Under the pieces are notes generated by a model, which did no database searches, was not told where the DNA came from, and saw nothing but the letters and a program-made list of their open reading frames with translations. This document shows positions 37,892-45,493 of a stretch of 53,649 bases of DNA, piece after piece (position 1 is the stretch's first letter; each line of letters starts with the position of its first letter). The position numbers were made by a program, and so were the translations under genes. The stretch is taken from the NCBI GenBank assembly GCA_002780895.1, contig PEUB01000123.1, positions 1 to 53,649 on the forward strand, written 5' to 3'. The stretch comes from Nitrospirae bacterium CG02_land_8_20_14_3_00_41_53 (GTDB taxonomy: Bacteria; Nitrospirota; Thermodesulfovibrionia; Thermodesulfovibrionales; SM23-35).

Positions 37892-38974
37892 ATGTTATAT
37901 AGCCTCTTATACAGCCTGCATGACTGGTTTTCGCCCTTGAATGTGTTCAGGTATATTACGTTTCGAACCTCTCTTGCAGTGCTTACAGCGATGATTTTCG
38001 CACTGATATTGGGTCCATGGATAATAAGCAGATTGAAGGGATTAAGTATGACTCAGCAGATAAGAGATGACGGCCCCAGGACCCATATGGGCAAGGCCGG
38101 CACTCCAACAATGGGCGGGCTTCTTATTATCCTCTGCATACTGCTCGCGGTTTTTATGTGGGGCGACCTTAAGAATTTGTATGTCTGGGTCATGATCGTT
38201 TCACTTGTGGGTTTTGGATGTATCGGCCTTTTTGATGACTATTTGAAGATTATAATGAAGAATCATAAAGGCCTCAGGGCATACCAAAAGTTTGGGAGCC
38301 AGGTGATACTTGCTCTTCTAATCGGCATTTTTCTTTACATGAATCCGAAGGACCCATATGCAGACGTGTTGAGTATTCCATTTTTTAAGAAATGGCTCTT
38401 TGATTTTGGATGGCTTTATATACCATTCTCAGTGATTGTGATAGTGGGCTCATCAAATGCAGTTAACCTTACAGACGGCATAGATGGGCTTGCAATAGGA
38501 CTTGTGGCTGTTGCTGTCCTGGCCAGCGGCGTACTTGTTTATATCTCAGGGCATAAAGGTCTTGCCCAGTACCTCCAGGTCCTCTATCTTTCCGGCACTG
38601 GCGAGCTGACTGTTTTCTGTGGCGCTATGTTTGGGGCCTCGCTCGGGTTCCTATGGTATAACTCTTATCCTGCCGATGTTTTTATGGGTGACGTAGGTTC
38701 ACTTGGACTCGGGGGCTCGCTTGGGACCCTCGCTGTAATAACAAAACATGAGATCGTTCTTGCAATTGTAGGCGGCATCTTTGTTATAGAGACGATTTCT
38801 GTCATGCTGCAGGTAGCATCCTTTAAGCTTACAGGTAAAAGGGTGTTTAAGATGGCACCTATTCATCACCACTTTGAATTAAAAGGGTGGCCTGAACCAA
38901 AGGTGATTATAAGATTCTGGATAATTGGCATAATGCTTGCTCTATTGAGCCTGGCAACATTAAAAGTGAGGTGA
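37892..38974 (+). CDS. mraY: Phospho-N-acetylmuramoyl-pentapeptide-transferase
   Basis: 360 aa polytopic. NAVNLTDGIDGLA, MGDVGSLGLGG and PIHHHFE motifs. Confidence 0.95.
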   Translation: MLYSLLYSLHDWFSPLNVFRYITFRTSLAVLTAMIFALILGPWIISRLKGLSMTQQIRDDGPRTHMGKAGTPTMGGLLIILCILLAVFMWGDLKNLYVWVMIVSLVGFGCIGLFDDYLKIIMKNHKGLRAYQKFGSQVILALLIGIFLYMNPKDPYADVLSIPFFKKWLFDFGWLYIPFSVIVIVGSSNAVNLTDGIDGLAIGLVAVAVLASGVLVYISGHKGLAQYLQVLYLSGTGELTVFCGAMFGASLGFLWYNSYPADVFMGDVGSLGLGGSLGTLAVITKHEIVLAIVGGIFVIETISVMLQVASFKLTGKRVFKMAPIHHHFELKGWPEPKVIIRFWIIGIMLALLSLATLKVR

Positions 38975-38976
38975 CA

Positions 38977-40161
38977 ATGAGGAATTCCAAATTTCAAATT
39001 TCAAATTTCAAAATTAATACAAGGATTCTTTTATGTCTTTTGGTTTTTTCACTTTTCACTTTTCACTTTTCACTTTCAACTTCTCTCGCTGATGAGATTC
39101 ATTCCAAAGCTGCAGTTGTAATGGGCGCCTCAACGGGAAAGATTCTTTATGCAAAAAACCCGAGTCTCAGACTTCCTCCAGCAAGCACAACAAAGTTAAT
39201 GACAGCAATAGTAGCTATAGAAAAAGCAGACCCTTCGCATATTGTAACGGTAAGCAGAAATGCCTCTCATGTTTCTCCTCATAAGGCAGGTTTCAGAGAA
39301 GGGGATAAGGTTACTGTTAAGACTCTTCTTTATGCTGCTTTAGTGGGATCTGCAAATGATGCGGCTGTTGCCCTCGCAGAAGCAGTGGCGGGATCTGAGG
39401 AGAGGTTTGTTTATCTAATGAACAGGAAGGCGATTGCTATGGGGTTAAAGGATACTAAATTCATAAACCCCCATGGGCTTCCTGGCCCTGGCCAGTATAT
39501 CACTGCTTATGATTTATCAAAAATAATGAGTTATGCGCTTAGATATCCCAAACTGAAAGAGATTATCGGAACCCGTGTGGCAGAGGTTTCGACCGAAAAT
39601 GGGAATGCGATATTTCTTAAAAACACGAACAGGCTTTTATGGTCTGACGAAGATCTTGTTGGAGGAAAGACAGGATATACACGTAAGGCAAGGCATTGTT
39701 TTGTATGTGCTGCTGAACGTGAAAAGGATAAGGTTATAGTTGCGCTCCTCGGTAGCCCGAGCAGGGATGAACTCTGGAGAGAGGCGGAGGTACTGGTACA
39801 AAAAGGATTCCGGGCGATAGCGAACAATGAGGAACCAGTCATCTATTTTGCGAAGGCAGACTATGATAAACTTTATATAAAAAAGGCATCCTATAAGAAA
39901 AGTTCAAAATTCAAAATTCAAAATTCAAAATTAAAGACTGATAAAAGGATAGCAAAAGAGACAGTAAAACATAAAAAGGCAAAGATGATTACAAAGAAGA
40001 AGGGTAAGGCAAAACTATTTGCAAAGAAAACAATGAAGTATAAAAAGGCAAAGATGATTGCAAAGAAAAAATGGAAGACAAAGACTTTTGCAAAAAGCAA
40101 AAACAATAAGGGAAAGAATTACAGGATTGCAGAGAAAGTTGAAGATAGAATTAAAGGATAA
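38977..40161 (+). CDS. Serine-type D-Ala-D-Ala carboxypeptidase (peptidase S11, PBP5/6-like) with lysine-rich C-terminal tail
   Basis: Signal peptide, then ASTTK (SxxK), SANDA (SxN) and KTGYT (KTG). ATG 38977 lies 6 nt after GAGG (GTG 38971 is also possible). The last 90 or so residues are K-rich and repeat-derived. Confidence 0.8.
   Translation: MRNSKFQISNFKINTRILLCLLVFSLFTFHFSLSTSLADEIHSKAAVVMGASTGKILYAKNPSLRLPPASTTKLMTAIVAIEKADPSHIVTVSRNASHVSPHKAGFREGDKVTVKTLLYAALVGSANDAAVALAEAVAGSEERFVYLMNRKAIAMGLKDTKFINPHGLPGPGQYITAYDLSKIMSYALRYPKLKEIIGTRVAEVSTENGNAIFLKNTNRLLWSDEDLVGGKTGYTRKARHCFVCAAEREKDKVIVALLGSPSRDELWREAEVLVQKGFRAIANNEEPVIYFAKADYDKLYIKKASYKKSSKFKIQNSKLKTDKRIAKETVKHKKAKMITKKKGKAKLFAKKTMKYKKAKMIAKKKWKTKTFAKSKNNKGKNYRIAEKVEDRIKG
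38987..39015 (+). repeat. Heptanucleotide array tcaaatt, 4 units
   Basis: ccaaatt tcaaatt tcaaatt tcaaaatt. Encodes NSKFQISNFKI at the carboxypeptidase N-terminus. Confidence 0.8.
39049..39076 (+). repeat. Heptanucleotide array tcacttt, 4 units (complement of aaaagtg family)
   Basis: tcacttt x4. Encodes the signal-peptide core FSLFTFHFSL. Confidence 0.85.
39904..39932 (+). repeat. Heptanucleotide array tcaaaat, 4 units
   Basis: tcaaaat x4. Encodes [11 protein letters not shown], the same peptide type as in LeuS. Confidence 0.85.
39971..40108 (+). repeat. Tandem direct duplication, 69-nt period (2 copies)
   Basis: ataaaaaggcaaagatgatt[a/g]caaagaa... recurs at 39971 and 40040. Encodes KHKKAKMITKKKGKAKLFAKKT / KYKKAKMIAKKKWKTKTFAKSK. 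Confidence 0.75.
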
Positions 40162-41782
40162 AAACGTAACAGTTGTGGGCCTTGCCAGGAGCGGCATAGG
40201 CGCGGCAAATCTGCTCACTGAACTCGGAGCAGACGTGACGGTAACAGATATAAAGAAAGAGGATGAACTTAAGGATTTTATACCGAAACTTGGACCTTCA
40301 GTCAAACTTGTCCTTGGAACACATCACGAGGATATATTCTTATCATCTGATATGTTGGTCATTAGTCCTGGTGTTCCGCTTACAATCACAGCTATTTCAA
40401 AGGCAAAAGCAAAAGGAATACCTATAATCGGTGAGCTCGAACTCGCATATCAGATAGCTACTTATGGGTCAGATAATCCTCCCATTCCGCCAATAATCCC
40501 CCCTCACCCCCCTTTAGAAAAGGGGGGAAGGGGGGATTTGATAAAGGGATGCATAGGGGGGGTTCTTGCTGTTACAGGCACAAATGGTAAGTCAACAACA
40601 ACAGCCTTACTTGACTTCATGATGAAAAGAGGTGGTTTCGAAACAATTCTCGGAGGGAATATAGGGAATGCACTGACAGAGGAAATACTTAAAATAGTCA
40701 AAAGTCAGAAGTCAGAAGTCAGACCCCCCACCTGCCCCCCCTTGCTAAGGGGGGGATTTGAGGGGGGGTGTTCTTTGAACTCCGGTCTAAACTCGTCACT
40801 TGATTTTATTGTTGCTGAGGTATCAAGCTTTCAACTCGAGTCAATAAAGGACTTCAGGCCAAAGGTGGCTTCGATACTCAATATTACACCCGACCACCTC
40901 GACAGGTACCACTCAATCAAAGAATACAGCGATGCAAAGGCAAGGATATTTGAAAATCAAAAAGAGGACGATTTTCTGGTCATTAATTGGGATGACCCTG
41001 AGACAATGAAAGTTAAAAGTGAAAAGTTAAAAGTGAAAAGTGAAAAACCAAAAATCTTTTACTTCAGTCGTAGAAAAGAGGTCAAGGGGATTTACTTTAA
41101 AAATGGTATGGTTTATTGCAATCTTCCTCCAATGACGGGGACAGTCCTAATCCCCCCTCACCCCCCCTTTGTTAAAGGGGGGATGGGGGGATTATTGGCC
41201 GGTAAATCTGGGACAGTCCCCTCAGTCCCCCTAATAAGGGCTGATGAGATAAAGATAAAAGGTGTCCATAACATGGAGAATGCCATGGCTGCTTCAGCCA
41301 TGGCTCTCCTTGCAGACTGCCCGATAAAGGCAGTTATAGATTCCCTGAGGGAATTTTCTGGTCTTGAGCACAGGCTTGAATTTGTCAGAGAGCTAAATGG
41401 TGTCAGGTATTTTAACGATTCAAAGGGGACAAATGTCGGCGCAGTCATCAAATCGCTTGAAGGCTTTAAGGGGCCGATTATCCTGATTGCAGGAGGCAGG
41501 GATAAGGCAGGAGATTTTTCTCTATTGAGGCATTTAGTAAGAGAAAGGGTAAAGGCTATTGTATTGGTAGGTGAGGCAAGTGAAAAAATAAAAGGGGCAC
41601 TCGGAGACCTCGCAGAGACAGTTATGGCTAAGGATTTGAGAGAGGCTGTAAACATATCATGTAGTATGGCAGTAAAAGACGATGTTGTTTTGCTTTCACC
41701 TGCATGTGCCAGTTTTGACATGTTTGCTAATTTTGAGGACAGAGGCAGACAGTTTAAAAAGATAGTGATGGAGATGGAATAA
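40139..41782 (+). CDS. murD: UDP-N-acetylmuramoylalanine--D-glutamate ligase
   Basis: VVGLARSG, VTGTNGKSTT, NDSKGTN and SPACASFD motifs. Start set at TTG 40139 (MKIELKDKNVTVVGLARSG). The track ORF begins at ATG 40058, inside the upstream gene's tail. Carries 3 palindromic and 2 heptamer inserts. Confidence 0.9.
   Translation: MKIELKDKNVTVVGLARSGIGAANLLTELGADVTVTDIKKEDELKDFIPKLGPSVKLVLGTHHEDIFLSSDMLVISPGVPLTITAISKAKAKGIPIIGELELAYQIATYGSDNPPIPPIIPPHPPLEKGGRGDLIKGCIGGVLAVTGTNGKSTTTALLDFMMKRGGFETILGGNIGNALTEEILKIVKSQKSEVRPPTCPPLLRGGFEGGCSLNSGLNSSLDFIVAEVSSFQLESIKDFRPKVASILNITPDHLDRYHSIKEYSDAKARIFENQKEDDFLVINWDDPETMKVKSEKLKVKSEKPKIFYFSRRKEVKGIYFKNGMVYCNLPPMTGTVLIPPHPPFVKGGMGGLLAGKSGTVPSVPLIRADEIKIKGVHNMENAMAASAMALLADCPIKAVIDSLREFSGLEHRLEFVRELNGVRYFNDSKGTNVGAVIKSLEGFKGPIILIAGGRDKAGDFSLLRHLVRERVKAIVLVGEASEKIKGALGDLAETVMAKDLREAVNISCSMAVKDDVVLLSPACASFDMFANFEDRGRQFKKIVMEME
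40475..40562. repeat. C/G-run palindromic element with extra partial arms, in frame in murD
   Basis: Core aatccccctcacccccctttagaaaaggggggaaggggggattt, flanked by aatcctcccattccgcc and ataaagggatgcataggggggg. Translated as DNPPIPPIIPPHPPLEKGGRGDLIKGCIGG, directly before the P-loop. Confidence 0.8.
40697..40723 (+). repeat. Heptanucleotide array gtcagaa, 4 units
   Basis: gtcaaaa gtcagaa gtcagaa gtcaga (KSQKSEVR), abutting the palindromic element at 40724. Confidence 0.85.
40724..40770. repeat. C/G-run palindromic element (cttgctaag centre) in frame in murD
   Basis: ccccccacctgccccccccttgctaagggggggatttgagggggggtg, translated as PPTCPPLLRGGFEGG. Confidence 0.8.
41008..41049 (+). repeat. Heptanucleotide array aaaagtg/aaaagtt, 6 units
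   Basis: gaaagtt aaaagtg aaaagtt aaaagtg aaaagtg aaaaacc (KVKSEKLKVKSEKPK) in murD. Confidence 0.85.
41148..41235. repeat. C/G-run palindromic element plus a downstream half-arm, in frame in murD, bracketed by a 10-nt direct repeat
   Basis: taatcccccctcaccccccctttgttaaaggggggatggggggatta (IPPHPPFVKGGMGGL). gggacagtcc occurs at 41138-41147 and 41210-41219. The half-arm tcccctcagtccccctaat follows. Confidence 0.8.
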
Positions 41783-42975
41783 TGGGTAAATATGACAGGT
41801 GGCTGCTCCTTGTTGCAATTCTATTAATAGGTTTTGGCGCACTCATGATATACAGCACCACATCTGTTATTACTCCTGTACTTGCAAAGAGAGGGGTTAC
41901 CGAATTTTATTATTTCAAGAGACACGTATTTACAATCCTCATAGGATTCAGCTTTATGTTCCTTGCCTATAGACTGAAAACTTCCACTATAAAGAAGATG
42001 GCTATCCCACTCCTCATTTTTTCTTTTGTGCTGTTGATACTTGTTTTTTTGCCCAATATTGGAGTCTCTGCAGGAGGTGCAAGGAGATGGATAAAACTCT
42101 GGCCTTCAACCTTCCAGCCATCAGAGCTTGTAAAGCTTTCCATGGTAATATTCCTTGCGAGATATATCTCAATGCCGGGATATAGAACAGATAGTTTTAT
42201 ATCCTTTATAAAACCTATCTTCATAGTGATAATATTCCAGATAGCTATTCTTAAACAACCTGACTTCGGGGCAGCTATGAGTCTTGCATTCCTCACATTC
42301 GCAATGCTCTTTCTTTCCGGTATAAGGCTCAGATACATTGCATCACTTTTAGTGTTTGTCATGCCGGTAATATTTAAGCTTATTACAGAGCCGTATCGCC
42401 TCAAAAGGCTAACATCATTTCTTGACCCATGGAAAGATGCTCAGGGCAGCGGCTTCCAGCTTGTGCAGTCGTTTATAGCACTCGGCAGTGGAGGCTTAAC
42501 AGGGGTAGGTCTCGGATGTTCCAAACAGAAATTGTCTTATCTTCCTGAATCCCATACGGATTTTATCTTTTCTATTATTGGTGAGGAGTTTGGCTTTATA
42601 GGCGTGTTAGTTGTGATAACACTTTTTTTGCTTTTGTTCATTAAGGGTATATCTATTGCAAACAGGGCAAAAGACGGGTTTGTATATTACCTGGCAATAG
42701 GACTTTCACTGATGATCTCTCTCCAGGCGCTTATCAACTTTGCAGTTGCTACAGGCTTGGTGCCTACAAAGGGATTACCCTTACCATTTGTCAGTTACGG
42801 AGGGTCAGCTCTCCTTGTGAATTTGGCTGCTATAGGGATACTCCTTAACATATCAAGAGGTGAACATAATCCCCCCTCGCCCCCCTTTAGTAAAGGGGGG
42901 ATGGGGGGATTATCAGATGAAATGCATGTAAGGAGAAGGGCCAGAAGGAATATGGGAATTCATATTTCACAATGA
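41782..42975 (+). CDS. ftsW: Peptidoglycan glycosyltransferase FtsW (SEDS family)
   Basis: 397 aa polytopic. QPSELVK, GSGFQLVQSFIALGSGGLTGVGLG, PESHTDFIFS and PFVSYGGS motifs. Palindromic insert in the C-terminal tail. Confidence 0.9.
   Translation: MGKYDRWLLLVAILLIGFGALMIYSTTSVITPVLAKRGVTEFYYFKRHVFTILIGFSFMFLAYRLKTSTIKKMAIPLLIFSFVLLILVFLPNIGVSAGGARRWIKLWPSTFQPSELVKLSMVIFLARYISMPGYRTDSFISFIKPIFIVIIFQIAILKQPDFGAAMSLAFLTFAMLFLSGIRLRYIASLLVFVMPVIFKLITEPYRLKRLTSFLDPWKDAQGSGFQLVQSFIALGSGGLTGVGLGCSKQKLSYLPESHTDFIFSIIGEEFGFIGVLVVITLFLLLFIKGISIANRAKDGFVYYLAIGLSLMISLQALINFAVATGLVPTKGLPLPFVSYGGSALLVNLAAIGILLNISRGEHNPPSPPFSKGGMGGLSDEMHVRRRARRNMGIHISQ
42866..42913. repeat. C/G-run palindromic element in frame in the ftsW tail
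   Basis: ataatcccccctcgcccccctttagtaaaggggggatggggggattat, translated as HNPPSPPFSKGGMGGLS. Confidence 0.85.
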
Positions 42976-44096
42976 GGGTAATAATAGCAGGAGGAGGTAC
43001 TGGAGGGCATCTCTTTCCAGGTCTGGCGGTGGCTGAAGAGTTCAAAAAGAGAGATGATTCAACAGAGGTAATATTTGTTGGAACAGAGTATGGAATAGAG
43101 GCGAGGGTGGTTCCGAGGGAGGGATATCCAATAAAGTTTTTAAAGGCGGAGGGTTTGGTAGGAGTATCAGCTGTCAAAAAGATAAAGGCAATAGTTATGA
43201 CGTTTTTTTCGATTATTGATTCTTACAAAATCATCAAGACATTAAACCCTGATATAGTGATAGGTGTTGGCGGATACGCTTCAGGGGCAGCTATGCTTAC
43301 TGCATATCTTATGTCTATACCGACCATGATACTGGAACAGAATTCCATACCAGGACTTACTAATAAGATTCTTGGAAGATTTGTAAGGGCAGTTTGCATA
43401 ACTTATCAGGAAAGTATCTCGTTCTTTCCAAAGGCAAAGACCTTCTTTACAGGGAACCCTGTCAGAATGCAGATACTAAAGGGGAGCATCGAGTCAGCAT
43501 ATAGGCTTTTCTCCCTTGAAAGGGATTTGTTCACTATATTTATTTTTGGAGGGAGTTCAGGTGCAAAGAGTATAAATATGGCGATTATAAATGCCCTTAA
43601 CAATATGTATGACCTTAAGGATAAGATTCAGTTCCTGCATCAGACAGGAATAAGAGATTATGAAAACATCAGAGAGGCATACAGGAAGCTCGGATTCAAA
43701 GGAACAATCACTCCATTTATATATCAAATGGGCGAGGCGTATGCTGTTGCTGATATAGTCGTTTCAAGAGCGGGTGCAACAACACTTGCAGAGTTAACTG
43801 CTTTAGGGAAGCCGGCAATATTAATCCCTTATCCCTATGCAGCCGGACAGCACCAGGAATTGAATGCAAGGAAACTTCTCGAGATGGGTGCAGCGAAGAT
43901 GATACGCGATAGAGAACTTAGAGGGGAATCCCTTGCCCATAACATAAGAGAACTATACACAAATGAGACAATGAGGGCAGAGATGCAAAGAAATAGCAAG
44001 GCGGTTGGAAGACCAGAGGCATGCTCAAAAGTGGTTGATATAGCAATGAGCTTGATAAAACAGGCGGCAGTCAACGGTCATCAGTCAAAAGGATAA
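42972..44096 (+). CDS. murG: UDP-N-acetylglucosamine--N-acetylmuramyl-(pentapeptide) pyrophosphoryl-undecaprenol GlcNAc transferase
   Basis: IAGGGTGGHLFPGLAVAEE and GGSSGA motifs. ATGA overlap with ftsW. Confidence 0.9.
   Translation: MRVIIAGGGTGGHLFPGLAVAEEFKKRDDSTEVIFVGTEYGIEARVVPREGYPIKFLKAEGLVGVSAVKKIKAIVMTFFSIIDSYKIIKTLNPDIVIGVGGYASGAAMLTAYLMSIPTMILEQNSIPGLTNKILGRFVRAVCITYQESISFFPKAKTFFTGNPVRMQILKGSIESAYRLFSLERDLFTIFIFGGSSGAKSINMAIINALNNMYDLKDKIQFLHQTGIRDYENIREAYRKLGFKGTITPFIYQMGEAYAVADIVVSRAGATTLAELTALGKPAILIPYPYAAGQHQELNARKLLEMGAAKMIRDRELRGESLAHNIRELYTNETMRAEMQRNSKAVGRPEACSKVVDIAMSLIKQAAVNGHQSKG
44070..44090 (+). repeat. Degenerate heptanucleotide run gtcaNNN, 3 units
   Basis: gtcaacg gtcatca gtcaaaa. 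Encodes the last residues of MurG (VNGHQSK), just before the stop. Confidence 0.45.
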
Positions 44097-44101
44097 AGAT
44101 A

Positions 44102-45493
44102 ATGTTTGAAAGATACAGGGTAGTACATTTTGTCGGGATAGGCGGTATAGGGATGTCAGGTATTGCAGAGGTGCTTTACAACCTTAACTACAAGGTGACA
44201 GGGTCTGATTTAAAAGATTCGGAGGCAACGGTAAGATTGAGGAAGTTAGGCATAAAGGTCTATATAGGTCATAAAGCAGAAAATATAGACGATGCCCATG
44301 TATTGGTCGTATCCTCAGCGGTTTCAGGAGATAACATAGAGGTAGCTGAGGCAAAAAGAAGGGCTATACCTGTAATACCACGTGCTGAGATGCTTGCAGA
44401 GCTGGCAAGACTGAAATACGGGATACTCGTTGCAGGGGCACATGGCAAGACAACAACGACATCTTTAGTATCGACTATACTTGCCCATGGCAGTCTTGAT
44501 CCCACTGTTGTTATAGGCGGAAGGCTAAAGGCAATAGGCAGTAACGCAAGACTTGGTCAGGGAGAATTCCTTGTGGCAGAGGCTGATGAAAGTGACGGTT
44601 CGTTTCTTAAGCTTTCCCCAACGATTGCCGTTGTCACAAACATTGACAGGGAGCATATGGATTTTTTCAAGACAATGGATTCATTGAAAAAGGCATTTCT
44701 TTCCTTTATAAATAAGGTTCCATTTTATGGCGTATCAATAATTTGTATTGAGAACGAGCACCTGCGTGAACTTTTGCCATCTATTCACAGAAGATACATC
44801 ACATATGGGCTTACCAATGAAGCAGAACTTTATGCAGAAAATATTAGAAAAGGTTTTATGTCGGTAAGCTTTGATGTAATCCATAAGGGCAAAAATTTTG
44901 GGAGTTTCGACCTTCCTGCGCCTGGGATACATAATGTCCTTAACAGCTTGGCTGCTATCGGCGTAGCATTAATTTTAAAACTAAATGTATCAATAATTAG
45001 AGATGCGCTGAAAGGGTTTAGTGGTATACAGAGAAGGTTTGAGTTTAAAGGTGAGGTGAACGGAATAAAGGTATTCGATGATTATGCCCATCATCCCTCA
45101 GAGATAAAGGCAACACTGAAGGCAGCAAAGGAAGGGCTCATTATTAGTCAGAAGTCAGGAAGATTATTTGTCATATTCCAGCCTCATAGATATACAAGGA
45201 CAAGGGATCTAATGGATGAGTTTTCATCTTCGTTTAATGATGCAGATTCACTCATACTTTTGGATATTTATTCTGCCGGAGAAAAACCAATGAAAGGCGT
45301 AAACTCAGCAACCTTGCTTGATAGGATTAAAAAAACAGGGCATAGCAGAGTTTTATATGCTGAAGATAGGGAAGATGCGATAAGGCATTTAATCTCTAAT
45401 ATGACAAGGGGTGATATCCTTCTTACTCTCGGGGCAGGCAATGTATGGAAGATAGGCGATGAGATACTAAATAAGCTAAAAGAGAAAAGTTAA
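44102..45493 (+). CDS. murC: UDP-N-acetylmuramate--L-alanine ligase
   Basis: HFVGIGGIGMSGIAEVL, GAHGKTTTTS, DDYAHHPSE and FQPHRYTRT motifs. Confidence 0.9.
   Translation: MFERYRVVHFVGIGGIGMSGIAEVLYNLNYKVTGSDLKDSEATVRLRKLGIKVYIGHKAENIDDAHVLVVSSAVSGDNIEVAEAKRRAIPVIPRAEMLAELARLKYGILVAGAHGKTTTTSLVSTILAHGSLDPTVVIGGRLKAIGSNARLGQGEFLVAEADESDGSFLKLSPTIAVVTNIDREHMDFFKTMDSLKKAFLSFINKVPFYGVSIICIENEHLRELLPSIHRRYITYGLTNEAELYAENIRKGFMSVSFDVIHKGKNFGSFDLPAPGIHNVLNSLAAIGVALILKLNVSIIRDALKGFSGIQRRFEFKGEVNGIKVFDDYAHHPSEIKATLKAAKEGLIISQKSGRLFVIFQPHRYTRTRDLMDEFSSSFNDADSLILLDIYSAGEKPMKGVNSATLLDRIKKTGHSRVLYAEDREDAIRHLISNMTRGDILLTLGAGNVWKIGDEILNKLKEKS
45147..45163 (+). repeat. Short gtcagaa heptamer run, about 2 units
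   Basis: gtcagaa gtcagga aga in murC (SQKSGR). Same unit as 40697. Confidence 0.4.

Noticed and set aside
40058-40138. ATG 40058 as the murD start
   Set aside because: It would add 27 K/R-rich residues read from the carboxypeptidase tail repeats in another frame. MurD homology begins at MKIELKDKNVTVVGLARSG (TTG 40139). This remains uncertain.
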